Made by a program: the position numbers and the translations under genes
Part shown: positions 22,718 to 36,199 of the stretch, piece by piece
Numbering within the stretch: position 1 is the first letter of the stretch
Layout of the letters: each line of letters starts with the position of its first letter
NCBI GenBank assembly: GCA_002256025.1
Contig: NKIB01013902.1
Coordinates: 1 to 50,115, forward strand
Origin: Asterionella formosa
Taxonomy: Eukaryota
DNA: 50,115 bases
Direction: 5' to 3'
The notes under the pieces: model-generated
Told to the model about the DNA's origin: nothing
The model's input: the letters and a program-made list of their open reading frames with translations, nothing else
Databases searched by the model: none

Positions 22718-23306
22718 TCAGTTTGTGAGAATATATATTCTACCATAGAGAAATATCGATGTCACATTTTACATGGGATTCACTACAGAGCGTGGTGATT
22801 CACAGCACAGGGTTGTGATGTGAATTGTAGACTGATCGGTTCACAAAGGTTCATCCAACTTAGTTTAGAGTGCTCATTATAAATAAAATAGATCAGACTC
22901 TACTTGCTACTAACTACATTTAGCTATTATCTAATTAATTTTCAAAATAAAGAAGAATATCCTGAATCCATCACTGAGCGTTGGATACATTAGCTAAGAC
23001 AAGACACTACCATTTCAACCAGTAGTTCCTTGAGACTTCAAGGAAGAGTTGCCAAGAAGGATAAATCAAGTTCTGATTCGGAATTGGAAGAAAATAGCTG
23101 GAAGATTCATCAAAACCCTAGTTTAAAGCGAAATCGAAAATTGGGCCCAGAAACAAAATTTGATGACAGCGAAGATACAAAATTTCGCCTGTTAAGGTCC
23201 GCCTTTTATTTGGTTGGTGACGGATTCTAAACATAATAGGGAACCATGATAAAGATTGTTATCCCATTCTATTTAAGTTAGTCTATTAAAAGTCAATAAA
23301 TATTGG

Positions 23307-25571
23307 CTACAGACGCTCCACTGTTTTGATACCAAGCAATTCCAAGCCTAATCGAATAGTTCCAGCCGAAGCCACACATAACGACAGACGACTCGCTTTC
23401 AACTCGGGAGTCTCGGCATTCATAACCGGGCAATTCTCATAGAACTGGTTGAACTTTTGACTGGTTTCAAAGAGATAATCACATAAGCGATTTGGATAAA
23501 GGTCACGCTCGACGTCCTTCAAAATGTCGGGAAGCCTGACCAGGTTGCGAATAAGCTGCATTTCCGAACCATGTGTAATCACCGTTGTAGCAGCTTCTGG
23601 CCATTGCAATTTCTCGCCTTCAGTCTGGCCGATCGCTTTACGAATGATACCACATATTCTAGCATAGGCGTAAAGCATATACGGAGCAGTGTTTCCATTC
23701 AAACTTAACATGCGTTCGTAGCTGAAGCGGTAGTTGCTCTCGCGGTTCATAGACAAGTCAGCATATTTGACGGCGCCGATACCAACAATTTCGGCAACAT
23801 TTCTTACTCGCTCGTCCAGTTCAGCATTTGGATCGATCGCTCGCGAGCGTATATCATCTCCGGCAATTCGTATGGCTTCGTTCAAGAGGTCTTTCAGCTT
23901 CACTGTATCTCCAGAGCGCGTAGCAAACTTCTTTCCGTCTTCTCCCTGAACCAAACCAAATGGAACGTGCTCCAAGGAAACACCTTCTGGAATAAAGTTT
24001 GCCATGGCAGCAGCCTTGAAGACCATCTCAAAGTGTTGCGATTGACCAGCATCAGTGACATACAACACACGGTCAGCCTTCTCTCCACCATCAGATATTG
24101 CCATTTGAGTGCGATGGCGGATTGCAGCAAGATCAGTGGTAGCATAATTGAAACCACCATCAGATTTGCGAACCATAATTGGCATAGTTGACCCGTCGCG
24201 ATTGGTGAATCCATCAAGAAAAACAACCGTGGCTCCATCGCTCTCGACGGCCAAGCCTTGTTTCGTTAAGTCCTCGACGACATCATTCAAGTATGGGTTA
24301 TAAAACGATTCACCCCTCTCATTTAATCCACGGATATCTAGGGTCTCATATATCTAAGGCATGATATTTTCATGAGGACAGCTGATTTGGCCAACTTTAT
24401 CTCGCATGGTCGTTAATGCTTACCTTTTCAAACTCAACACGACTTGCTGCGCAAAGAGTCTCCCAAGCAGCAAGCTCCTCAGAATTTCCAGCTTGTAGCT
24501 TAACCACACCTTCACGAGCTCGTTGTTTGAACTCGTCATCGACGTCAAATCGCTTCTTCGCAGCCTTGTATAAAATCACTAAGTCTCCAAGATCCACGTT
24601 CTTGGCGGTTTCCGTGCCCAATGCATCTGGAAACTCATCTCGTAAGTGCTCAACTAACATACCAAACTGTGTTCCCCAGTCTCCAACGTGGTTCAATCGA
24701 ACAACCTCATGGCCAGCAAACTCCAATACGTTGCAAAGTGTATCACCAATAATAGTACTTCGCAAATGTCCCACGTGCATCTCTTTGGCAATATTTGGAG
24801 AAGAAAAGTCTACGATAATCTTTTGCTTATGAGACGTAAAAGGAATTCCGAGACGACCACTTGCATCTCTGGCCATTTCTGTAATTGCCGATGAAAGGTA
24901 ATTCTCCTTGAACTTGAGGTTGATGAAGCCAGGTCCTGCAATCTCTGGAACCTCCATTATTTCACCAAGAATGGGCAATAAACCATCTGCAATCTTAGTA
25001 GCACAATCCCTGTCCAAAATATTAGATTTTCTCCGGGACGATGAAGTATCTGAAAATCCTGATCAAACGTAAGTAGCTGTACTTACCTTGGAGCCATTCC
25101 TAATGACTTTGCAAGTCCCATCGCCGCGTTGACTTGATAATCACCGAACTCCAATTTAGTTGCTGGGGCTACCATGGCATCCATCACTCCAAACGGTTTG
25201 GCGGTAGCAGCTGCAGTATCAGTGATCACTTGCCTTTCGTCATCTGACAAAGAGGGAGGCACTTGATCGAGAGCTTGCCCATGAGCATCGTTCTTCTTTT
25301 GCTTTTTGGGCTTGTCAAGTTTGGCCAACGCGTTATTAATGGCAACTTCAGTTGGATCAAATATCTCATTGAGTACGCTGATAACAGCATCTTGAACAAA
25401 CTCAATCCCTCGAAGCGAAGCAGCGTTGGCTGTATGTGGCGTTGACGTCGAAAAGTGTAACTTTGAGAACTTCGGCGATACAGTATTGAAGCGCTTGGCG
25501 ACACCGAAGGCCAAAGTCCTTGTCCAGATCGCCATGATCACAAACGACATTAATTGATTCGATAACCGCAT
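23307..25571 (-). CDS. argS: Arginyl-tRNA synthetase, organellar (plastid-type leader); exons 25571-25087, 25009-24424 and 24353-23307
   Basis: [36 protein letters not shown] (HIGH), [26 protein letters not shown] and [14 protein letters not shown]. Two GT-AG introns (25086-25010, 24423-24354) restore the frame. Confidence 0.96.
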
Positions 25572-25918
25572 GGGGATGACGAAGAAGTGCAATACTGAAT
25601 AGGCCAACAGAGCGTTCAGGTTTTTGAAAGTGAGTTTCCTCTTCTCTCAGGCCCGATGATAGGTAACCTGGTATCGGGAAGATCAAAGTACATACATATA
25701 TGATAGTGACAAAAAAACAACGCACGACAGCAGGATGACGATGCATTGTGTCATGAAGACTGGTGGCTGATGATATTATGAATTGTTCATCACTATCGGT
25801 AATACGACTGCTGTTGTACTAGCTGTGTCTGATTGTCTATTAACTGTCTATTACACGATTCTGTGTCTGCTCCAAGCAGACTACATTTTCTACACTTTCT
25901 AAAATATAGGGAGTAGAA

Positions 25919-27398
25919 GGGCCAATCTTAGCTGAGATACAAAAATCAAAAAATGTTGCTTGGCCCAATTTTTTGAAAACGAAGGGTCTTTGATGATGAT
26001 AAAAGACATGCTCATTCATGATAACTATCCCCTCACTTTTGAAATGTCAGATAGCAAACAATTTTCAGAGGTTATGGAATTTCTAAATTCGCATTAACAA
26101 GAATAATTTGCCAAATCTGTGAAGTACCTTGTACTACATCCAACTTCCTGACAGTTGGAAGATAAGCCCACCCAACAGGAGCATTGGGCATTGGATCAAC
26201 AAGGTCCAAACTAGTCAGAAATTCCATTCCATTAGCAAGTTCTTTCTTTTTATCATCATCCATGAGCAGGCAAAAATTATGTAAGCGGGAACAAGCAGAA
26301 AGAATTGCAACTGATTTCTTCATCCTGAAGGACAAGGATTTCCTCAGGATCCTCCATTTATTGGTGAGCAATCCAAATGTCATCTCACTTCTAATACGGA
26401 GTTGTGAAAGGAAATAGTTGTATGCATCTTTGTTTGATGTTTCCCTTTGACTTCCAACAAATGGACAAAGGCGCACTTGATCAGTCAATGTGTAAGCAGC
26501 ATCACCTACTATATATTGTCCTGGATGAAGGTTGGATACAATCTGAAAACTTTTTGTTCTTTCAAATGCCTTATGATCTGGACATTTTCCTGCTGCCACG
26601 ACACCAAAGTATAGGAAACAACAATTACTGTTGCAAACAGCTTGAACATTCAATCTATATGACATGCCCAGACCAATACGCTTGAGGGAAGCCATCACAA
26701 TCCTTTTTCTTGGTTTAGCGATAGGCTGTAAATATCCATCTTTAGCACAAATGCATCTATGAAATAGCTGCTGTTCGCTTTTTTCAAGGAATCCATTCAT
26801 TGCTGTTTGTTTCTCCTTGTTTGTTGTATGGAATTTTATTGATAATTGCTGTGCAGGAGTTCACTGCATCAAGGAATGTTTTAGTGATGGCATAAACAGA
26901 TGAATTGAACTTGCATTTGATTTAACAACATAAACTGTGATGGAATGTCGAAGGAGTTCCAGTAGTTGATTGAAAGCTTCAAGAGACATGCGATATTCAC
27001 GATGAAATCTTTTCTCATGAAGAAGCTTTGTGACATGCTCATTCCAGTCAATTCGTTGATGCTCCCATTTTGGAATTCGCACTGGCTTCAAGTTTCGTTC
27101 ATAGGACTCCAAAAATGATAATGCAACTACTGCAATTAACGAAACTCTCTGTTCTTCCGCTTCAATATCAAGATTGTCAACAAAATCCCAACTGCCCTCA
27201 GGTTCTTCCGGTGGATTTGTCATTGTCGTTACAGTAATGATAATGGTCAGACACGTTGAATAACTGAAGCGCAGAAAGAAATCGGCTAACTTTTTTACCG
27301 TTACAGAGGAGATATATTTGTGAAATGAATCTCGGTAAAGATTCATCTTTTTCTGAAGATACCACAAAATATAATTTGTATCTTTGTTAAGATTGCCC
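25919..27398 (-). mobile_element. Degenerate PIF/Harbinger transposon with TIRs (DDE_Tnp_4 transposase remnant)
   Basis: Left TIR GGGCCAATCTTAGCTGAGATACAAA versus reverse-complemented right end GGGCAATCTTAACAAAGATACAAA; TTA on the right flank. Motifs FHREYRMSLEAF, IVGDAAY, YNYFLSQLRIRSEMTFGLLTNKWRIL and LHNFC. Confidence 0.88.
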
Positions 27399-27406
27399 TT
27401 ATACTA

Positions 27407-28750
27407 GGCCGCCTATTTTTATCTTGAATTTGTTCATAATTTGTCTGTGAATGAGCGCATCAGTATGGGTTTTTTTAGTAATTTCATGAATTTTAATTTG
27501 ACGTTCGGCCGGTTGCTGCAAACATTATTCTATGATATAGGCGAGCAGTATTAAATTGCGTAAAATTATATACGACAAATGTAAAAGACATTCACATTAT
27601 GTCGAGCATGATCTTCAATGGACAACTTCAGCCAAGACTCCTTGCGTTTTTGGGATATGCAACCCTTGCCACAATTAAAGCTAACAATGAAAACTATGAA
27701 TTATCGTCGCAGACGAGATCAATTTTATTCCTCGTTTTGCGACCAATTCATGCTTATGTTCCAAATGCTTGATGCCATCACTTGCTTTCCATGAAATGTT
27801 TCGAATGTCTCGATATGCTTATGATGTATTGAGACACCTCATTGTTCCAGGGCTTACTTCAAAATTTGACAAAAAGAAAGATTTTTCTAGAAGAACAAGC
27901 AGCAGGTGGGCACTTTCCATTAATGAAATCATGTGTTTGTCGCTTCGCATTTTGGGAGGTTCAATGTACATTAAGCAATGCATGTTGGCTGGGGTTCTAA
28001 TCATGTGGGCATTTCTTCTGTATACAAGAAAGATGGGAAGTTTACAGCTACTAGAATTACATCAATTGCCGCGAAATTAAATTGCCAGAGAGCCTTGCTG
28101 AGCTGCAATGTGCTTCTATTTCAGCCACTTAACTTAACTGTCACGTCATTGGTTGTTCGAAATGTCAACAGCTGATGAAAGAGGTAGAAAATTTTGATTA
28201 TCCCTCAGGGGATGAAGCATGTGGGTCATATTCCAGATTAGTTTCACCTTTGGTCAGTTTCTTATTTCAAGAGCTCCATGCAAAGATTCATTCAACTGCT
28301 TTTGTCTGGGGGGGGGGAACCAAGATATTATTGAACGGGATTTTGGCATAGTGTAGGCAAGATGGGGATATTTGTGGAGGCCTCTCATGTTGAAGCTTGA
28401 CTTGATACCTGTTATCATATATTGCATTTGCCATTTTCACAACTTTCTAATTGATGCAGATGGCAGGGCCATTATCCCAATTATTGGTTCTGGAATGGGA
28501 TATTTTGGAAGTAGAACCAGCCAAACTGAGTGGAAAGATTGAGAACCACACAGAATATAATAGTTATGACAATACAATCCATCATTAGGATGAACTAGAT
28601 TTGGAGCAGCATTTATAAATATGCATACCCATTCCAGAAGGTAGTATGATGGAACGCAATGATTACCATATTAGGACAGAAATCTCCAGTACCCTTGAAA
28701 CTGCGCAAGTGTTGTGCCCTCAGCAATCTTTAGGGCACTTGTAGGTCCAA
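27407..28750 (+). mobile_element. Second, highly degenerate Harbinger-like transposase remnant
   Basis: FHEMFRMSRYAYDVL...LSINEIMCLSLRILGGSMY matches the Harbinger transposase N-terminus. Begins with GGCC at 27407; the right terminus was not found. Confidence 0.6.
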
Positions 28751-29121
28751 GCACCAAGACAGGGCAACTTATGACAGAAGGCAGGAATGTACCACTTTCT
28801 GTACCTGTTGCAGAAGCACGAGATCCATATAAAAACTGATTTTCTTAAATGTACGAGGGAAGGAGGAGGCGCCTTGCAAGAGATTCATCAGGTTCAGTGT
28901 TTTCTGTGACTCCAGGAGGTGCTGCCTTAGTTACGTGGAAGCCTTGTTGAGCTTTGCGATCCACTAGCTGATGATCCTTTGCTGCCAGGAGATAAAGGAG
29001 AATTTTTGTTTCAGTTTGTAACCACCCTGCTGGAAGGAAGGAAGAGTGGCTGGTTGTTGTAGCCAAGTTGCCGACATTGACGACTGTTTACTGACGAAGA
29101 AATATGGTGATGATGGTAACA

Positions 29122-29138
29122 ATTATTATTATTATTAT

Positions 29139-29179
<41 letters not shown>
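29122..29179. repeat. (ATT)n(AT)n microsatellite
   Basis: Read directly from the sequence. Confidence 0.95.
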
Positions 29180-29183
<4 letters not shown>

Positions 29184-30339
29184 ATCGCAAACACATCAGA
29201 CCAGCACAGCACGCCAGCCAAGGAAACAGCTATGATAGCCTGCCCTCAACCAAAATTATGATTGGCTACTAAGCAAAGAATAGCACATCACGCTTTAACA
29301 GCAAAATCGAGATTTCAATCTCGAAGGTTGTCTCTACATGGTCAGTTTGGTGTGATAGTAACTCTTTCTGATCTTCTATTTCTCACACCTCTTTCTCCTT
29401 TCTTAATTACAGCTTTCAATGAAGAATTGAGTTTGTTGTCAAGGTTGTTTCCTTGCGCTATTCTTGGTATGATGCTAATTGCTATTTCATTTATTCTATG
29501 TCGTGCCTTTTTCTCATTGCAAACACTCAAACAAATTGTCTAGCTTGTTAATCAGAAACTAAATGCTTTATGACAGGAGCTCCAATAAGCTAAGAACCAG
29601 GATGATTGGTCTGTGCTGCGCTTTGCCATTGTTATCAATTTCGCAACTGTAACATATTTATCTCTATACTACTTGCAGGAATCAATGCTTCTCATCCAAC
29701 AATCATCCATGACCACCAGATGGTAGTGAAACAGCAGCTAATGCTTTGCTTCAAGAAAAGTTTGTGCTGGTATTATAAATGTTTCTAGAAAATTCTGTTT
29801 CTAGAAAATTCATTGAAGGTGCGTTGCCAAGAACGCAAGTAAGAAAAGCAGTGATGATTCTAAATCAGCATGCTATTCAGCGGCTTTTGCAACTACTATT
29901 GGTTGTGATAGCTTGTCAAACAATGTAGATATAGCTTAATTAGATATGAAAGCAATATCAATATTGCAATAGTATTGCAAATTTACTTTTTGCTCTTCAT
30001 AGAAATTATAGTTGATTGCTGCAAACAATAATTGTGGTTGTTGATACAGAAATTATATGTTCAGGCATACAAAGGTATTTGTTAGTTTTCCCCCAAATTT
30101 ATATGGTTTTATCACAAATTTATTGAAGTTGTCAAAACTATTTTAGTTGTTCGCTCCTATCATACCTGGTATATATTCTGCGATTCATCAAATTTTATAT
30201 TTGTTATCATACCCTCGTAGCCCAATTTGTCATAGTGGGACACCAAAATTATTAATTTGGGTGATCATATTTCACTTTTATTTCTTCTGGCGGCTGCATA
30301 TACCAATAATCGGCGTTGTAGAGCAATGTCGTATGTAAG

Positions 30340-30714
30340 TACACAAGACACATATATATTTACATAAAAATTGGATACAACTTCGACTTGCGAGCCAGCT
30401 TCCTACTGCGTGGTGTACGATTGTAAACCCTAAGCTAAGCGGGGGTTTGCAACATCCTAAGAGTGACTGCCCTATGTACAGCCTGCGTTACATAGAGTGA
30501 CATACGTTTATACACATCTGGTCTAATCATCGTTTTGCGCCGAACCAGCATCCTATTGTTTGGATTACGATAGTACATCGTCGTCAGGGTTGTTCTCATT
30601 CGACAAATGTTCATATCATACATAAGAACACAACATATATTTACATACATATTGTTTACAACTTTGTCTTGCGAGCCAGTACCTACTGCATGGCGTTCGA
30701 TTGTATACCCTAGT
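30340..30714. repeat. Diverged ~95-bp direct repeat pair (30340-30435 and 30621-30714)
   Basis: Shared CATATATTTACATA...ACAACTT...CTTGCGAGCCAG..CCTACTGC.TGG...CGATTGTA.ACCCTA. Confidence 0.75.
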
Positions 30715-31937
30715 AGTAAGCAGGATTGAATCATTTTGTTTTCTACATCACTCGTCGTACTGTTCTTACGTACGTTTATTATCGTCTTCTTTTCACTACA
30801 CAATACTTTATTTCTTTCAAGTATCCACATAATTATTTTCAGTTCTTTTCCTTTCAACATCACCGCTTTGATATCAATGAGTGTTGAGCTTCCCAACTCG
30901 GACATTCTCGCTTCTTTTGACAGGTTAACCTTGGCGCAACTGTTTGCACAACTGACTGCTGATTCGGCTAGACTTCAAAACACTCCGTTACATCAAGTCA
31001 TCCTTGTCACAAGATACGCTCAAGCCAATCGGCTAGGAATCAAATGTTCGGAAAACCTTGCTCCATTCGAACTCCGTCACTCGGTGACTCATTACGGCAC
31101 TTCTTCTACACTTCAAAAAAAACTGCTCCCAGAGCACATTGACATCATCCTGGATTCACCACGAACTCATCTGTCCACCGATACAGACGTTTGCTTTGAC
31201 CCTACTGCAGTGAACAAAACAAAGTCTTGGTCATAAACCTGTTGTGCAAAGTCAGGGTTGAGGGCTTCATCAGTGGCGAGGTCGCCAAACGCGACGGAAA
31301 AAAGATAAGATCGAATGATCCAAAAAATATGATATTCTTTTTCATTGTATTATGGTGTTACTCTAATGATACAAGTAAATAGTACCAAGTTTACTGTAGG
31401 CCGTAAATTTCTCGGGATTGAATATGGAGAAGTGAACAGAATATAGCTATGAGACGTGATAAAAATTCCAGGATGAATAACCTGCTTAATGAATCACCAC
31501 AACTATTTTCGCACAAAGGGCCCAGGTACCAGGAAGTTACAGTAAATTCGCTGAAATGAAGATTTGGACTTGGTGGATATTCTCGCCTGCTTATCCAATA
31601 CTAAAATTAATACACGGGTTAGCTTGTACAACATTATCTTTCATTCGTGGCATGATCGTTTAGAATACTATTATGCTAGAATTCGATTTGGCAGGAGTTG
31701 TTATAGGGTGAAACTCGCTCCCCGCCGCCCGCCCCCATCCTAAAATTTGGGTTTTTCACCAGAGAGCTAGATTCCGTCAGGGTCAGATGCACGCCCAGAG
31801 TGATCATAGAATATTTTTACTAACCCCCTAAAATGAGTGTAAATGTACATGAAAAAGTAATGTTATTCAACCACTAAAATGTACTCCCTCTGTTCAACAA
31901 TATTTGCAACAATTCTTTTAATTGGCCTGCTCGATCC

Positions 31938-32258
31938 ACGTCCTTCAAAAAAAGCCTCTGTAGAAGCAATTTTCCATTTCTACACTAGACAATGCAGGCT
32001 ATGGGTAGTATGTCAGTTAGTATGGCTATTGATTTTCGTTGGCCAGTGCACTGGCCTGTATCTGTGTGTGTAACATCGGCAAATAATACCAAAGAGATAT
32101 AGCTAAATAAACGAATGAGCATGCATTTCTGGACAAAAAATATTTCGTGCCACAGACGTCCAATAATAAAGCCTAAAGTATTGGGCAGGCCCAGATTTAT
32201 GACGCGCTGGCCATCCACATAGATGGTCTCATCAGCCTCCCTTTTGAGGTTGCGAAGC
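31938..32258. repeat. Dispersed repeat, copy A (paralogue at 41568-41948)
   Basis: Colinear similarity from ACGTCCTTCAAA...CTCTGTAGAAGCAAT to CATCAGCCTCCCTTTTGAGGTTGCGAAG. Confidence 0.85.
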
Positions 32259-32919
32259 GAGAAACTTGCTTTTTCAGAAATAATTCTTTAAAATAAGATT
32301 TTGGTAAAATTGAATTTATTGGGCCTGCACAATACTTTTAGGAATTTCTAAATGTCAATTAAGAATGCTACCAGGAGAGTTTGCATTCGAAGTTGAGTGG
32401 CTGATGGTTCCAAATTTCAAATTCAGCAAAACGACGGCAACTTGCAGGTGATGGGGGAATGTGACACAAGACCTGCATTTAAGCACATAGAAAAGATCAT
32501 CAATTCAATCTTTAAAATTGTCTGCATGATCAGCACTTAATGACGTAGTTTTTATGCTAATCTATTCTTCCAAATAGGAAAACGTCAAAGCACAACGCAC
32601 AATGACCAGGGCAATAGAGGGGCAGCCTGAAGCAAAAGTTAGCAAGTCTTGCTTAAATTGCTTCAAACTCAAAATCATTCGAAAGTGATGAAAGCAACCT
32701 GTCTTAGTTAACGGTTTCAAAGTCATTGGGATTTTCATCATTCTTGATGCGTTTTCTGGCCATCCATGCTACCAGGCACCAATATAACACCAAAGGTTTT
32801 TTTGCCCATAATACAGGTCACAAATATAACAGCAAAGGAAATGAGCAATGTTTTCCTATAGGTGATGGGCATGATTAGCCAAGAATAAATTTTGTAAGAA
32901 GTTGTGAGTTTACTAGGAG

Positions 32920-33810
32920 AAAGTGAGAGCTGTGATTCAACAAAAAATGTGCAAGAAAATTTCTCCAAGAAACATAGCTAGTAAAACGTTTTCCTACTCA
33001 AATTTTCATTGGGTTGCATTTTATCAAGCATTTAAAGCCAAATCGGCAACTGACAGAGTGATGATTACAAAGTTCATTAATGGATGGTTTCTGACGGGTT
33101 CCAGGAGAACTCTCGTATCGAATGGGAAAACATCCTGTCCTCATTGCAAGGAGTTTGAAATCACTGAGCATCTCTGCACCTGAAATAATTAAAAAATGAA
33201 ATACAATAGAGGTCTCCGAATCACATTTTTTGAGTCGCAGCTTGGAAAAGTGCCACAAGGACACCACATCACCCATATATTCATGGCTTACATAAAACAT
33301 TTGATAAGCAACCAGTCGGCTGCATTCACTATTCAATTTGAAAACAATACATCAGGGACTACCAAGGAAGCTATCATAAAGGCGGTGTCTCATAAACAGC
33401 AAATCGGCAAAGTGTTGACTCTCAGCCAGAGGATACCTGATAACTTCATGGAGTGAGGCAATGCTCACAGATCCTGATCAAGACATTGCATTGTTGGAGG
33501 TGCAGAAATGGACAATGGTGGCAACCTCACAATTATGGGGGTTGGCATCAAAAGCATGGGAGGAATGGAATCATGCCTTACACAAAGCAACAAACTCGGC
33601 CATGGCTCAATCGGAAATGGATGTAAGAATCCAAGAACACTATCACATCCAGCACCCTATAATTGCCAGGGATGTCCACCTGTTTACTCAACCCCTCCCG
33701 GATTTGCTTCAGGCCCGCTTGGGCACCAAACGAAGGTTTTTGGAAAAAGCAGCCTTCCAATTTGAGGATTCTGCTAGGATGGCAAAAGTGGTCAAAGGTA
33801 TCTGAATCAG
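32920..33810 (+). mobile_element. 3' fragment of a LINE ORF (C-terminal CCHC region), degenerate
   Basis: HWVAF...TKFINGW...CPHCKEFEITEHLCT and LWGLASKAWEEWNHALH match the LINE C-terminal zinc knuckle and W..RN..LH motifs. Stops and frameshifts present. Confidence 0.75.
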
Positions 33811-34169
33811 TTTTGCAGCACTATACCATGAGAATCAAGGGACCATTGTCCACACCCTCATGTGGGACAGTCCACTTCATCTTGATCTCAAACAAAGCTC
33901 ACAACTTCTTTACTCGTTGAAAAACTAGGTTAAAGAATGGCATATGAGACAAATACACAGTACAAAATGAAATTTCTTTACTCTCATTTGAGAGAGTGTA
34001 TCTTCCCGCATACAAGCACTGAGTGTCAACACATCTGTTGGGATGATCTGGCGGCTTAGTCTTACTCACAAAAACCCAGGCTTGGTATGTCAAGAAGCAC
34101 TTTACTGGCTACCTTACCAATCATAGAGTAGCAATAAGGCGCATGATAAATGAAATTATATGTATGAGT

Positions 34170-35783
34170 TTACTTGGAGTCCAAATTCTGACTAGGATCC
34201 TTTTCAGTGTGAGCTTTTCGTTGCAAAACAGCTTGATATGCCTGCTCGACAGAAGCCTCCCCTGGTGATATTCTATCAAGAATTCTTCGAAAGGCGGCAA
34301 GTGAGCCATCAAGATCTCCAGCTTGATATAAGTTGATACCCTTCATATAATACGCAGTCTTGGCATTGTTTAATGCATCCTCGTGTTCTGGTTCGATCTT
34401 CAATGTCCTTTCGTAGCATGAAATTTCTTTGTCAGTATCACCGGCTTCACCATGGATAACTCCTAGATTGCAATGCGCATCTGCGTGATTCGCTTGTGCT
34501 GCAATGGCAGTCTCGTACATTTGTCGTTCTGCATCCCACTCTCCCCATCGACCCAAGATGAGACCTTGACGATACCATGCATCTCCATCGTACTCATTCA
34601 GGGCAGTGGCCTTCTTGTACCATTCCATTGCGGCAGTGTCATTTCCAAGTTCTCCATACATGACACCCACCATAAAAGCAGCATCTGCGTTTCGAGGGTT
34701 GGCCTGAAATGCCAATAAGTAGGATTGCAGTGATGCACTATTGTCACCAAACTTGCGCAGACAATGTGCAACACTCATATGGATCTCAGAAAATTGAGGA
34801 TTAACCTCTCGAGCCAGCTCAAAAAGCCTTTTGGCCTTTATTGTATCTCCAGAAGCAAGTGCACTGGTTCCCCTGGTCAAGAGTTGTCGGGTGTGCTCGC
34901 ACCCTCCTCGTCCAGCCAATGTAACGAATCCACCAAGAACATATCGTTCCCCACTTGAAATGGGCTGTCCTCGATGACGAAGTCCGGCTGGTCTGAATGT
35001 CACATCACCCTTATTCATGTGAATAATTTCCCCTTTCTCCCCAAGGCACTCAAAGAAGGTGCCGCCTCCTTCAAAATCAGTCTTGTCGTTGAGCAAGATT
35101 GTGAATGAGAGCAATGAACCGTCCATATGCATGTCTGTCTTTTCTCCGCTCTCTGGTGTGTACTTGAAAATATAGGCAGATTGGATGCACAAAAGACTGG
35201 GGTCTGTCACCACGTGTGGGAAAATCTGAGCCAGGGCAGGGAAAAGTTTATTCTTTAGCAGTCTGTTAAAGTATTCTTTCAGTGGCGGTATATCTTTGAT
35301 CCACGATCCTGCAATCTGAAACCTGCCGGATGGTAAAGTTGACCAGTCGCCTTTCTCTTGGAAGAAATTATTGGCAAGAGACACAATAGTGTTACATTCT
35401 TGTGCCGATAGCAACGGCTTGGAGGTCACCTGAATCCATTTCTCGCCTTGCGATGCTCGAAATTTCTCATCAAAGTCAGGAAGAACGAACCCTTTGACAC
35501 TGTAACCTTTGGTTTCCAGTGCACCAGGAGTCAATTCTTCACAGGAGCCGAAATGATAACTGGCGTTTTGTGTGTTTGCTGCGATTTCTGCCTCATGCGC
35601 TTCTTGGTTCTGCTCCATCTCCTCAATTGGCAGTGCCACATTGTTCGCGCCGCCACCTCGAGCGGTGATCCATGCAGGAATGTGCTTCTTCGTGAACTCA
35701 GAATTTGATCTGGTTGCTACGCCAACCGAGAAGATCTTCAAACAGAGCAGCAGCTTCATCAGAGGTACAGTGCGCCATTTCAT
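34170..35783 (-). CDS. 2OG-Fe(II) oxygenase (prolyl/lysyl hydroxylase-like) fused to TPR repeats, with signal peptide
   Basis: KY...HMDGSLLSFTILLN..DFEGGGTFF...HRGQPISSGERYVL (HxD...H...R), followed by several TPRs. Start assumed at MKWRTVP; the open frame extends to 35852. Confidence 0.88.
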   Translation of the reverse strand: MKWRTVPLMKLLLCLKIFSVGVATRSNSEFTKKHIPAWITARGGGANNVALPIEEMEQNQEAHEAEIAANTQNASYHFGSCEELTPGALETKGYSVKGFVLPDFDEKFRASQGEKWIQVTSKPLLSAQECNTIVSLANNFFQEKGDWSTLPSGRFQIAGSWIKDIPPLKEYFNRLLKNKLFPALAQIFPHVVTDPSLLCIQSAYIFKYTPESGEKTDMHMDGSLLSFTILLNDKTDFEGGGTFFECLGEKGEIIHMNKGDVTFRPAGLRHRGQPISSGERYVLGGFVTLAGRGGCEHTRQLLTRGTSALASGDTIKAKRLFELAREVNPQFSEIHMSVAHCLRKFGDNSASLQSYLLAFQANPRNADAAFMVGVMYGELGNDTAAMEWYKKATALNEYDGDAWYRQGLILGRWGEWDAERQMYETAIAAQANHADAHCNLGVIHGEAGDTDKEISCYERTLKIEPEHEDALNNAKTAYYMKGINLYQAGDLDGSLAAFRRILDRISPGEASVEQAYQAVLQRKAHTEKDPSQNLDSK

Positions 35784-36199
35784 CGACCAATGGCAACCAA
35801 ATAATGTTATTGGCATCATTATAATATACGGTATACGGTATACGGTATGCATAAGATATTATTCACACGGTGTTGACATCATTGTGATCTTGCTTTCTCT
35901 GCCTCCATTTATTTTATGCAATCTGTTTCCCCTACAATATAATAAATATATTACAGTATGGAGAGTGAATACCTGTATACCCGGTACGTAGCTACCGGTA
36001 AAGTTAAATTTTGTATAAGAAGCAAGTAAAGCTTCCTCACTTCGCCCTTCCATCATTATTCTGATAATTGTTTCAGGTTACATACTATGCTTTGTTGGTT
36101 GTTGTACCTATATCACTCCATTTGAAACGATTCAATTGTTTTCACAGGCTTGATCTTGACAGTGAGGGACATGAAAGAACGATTTAGTCGGAGATCGCG

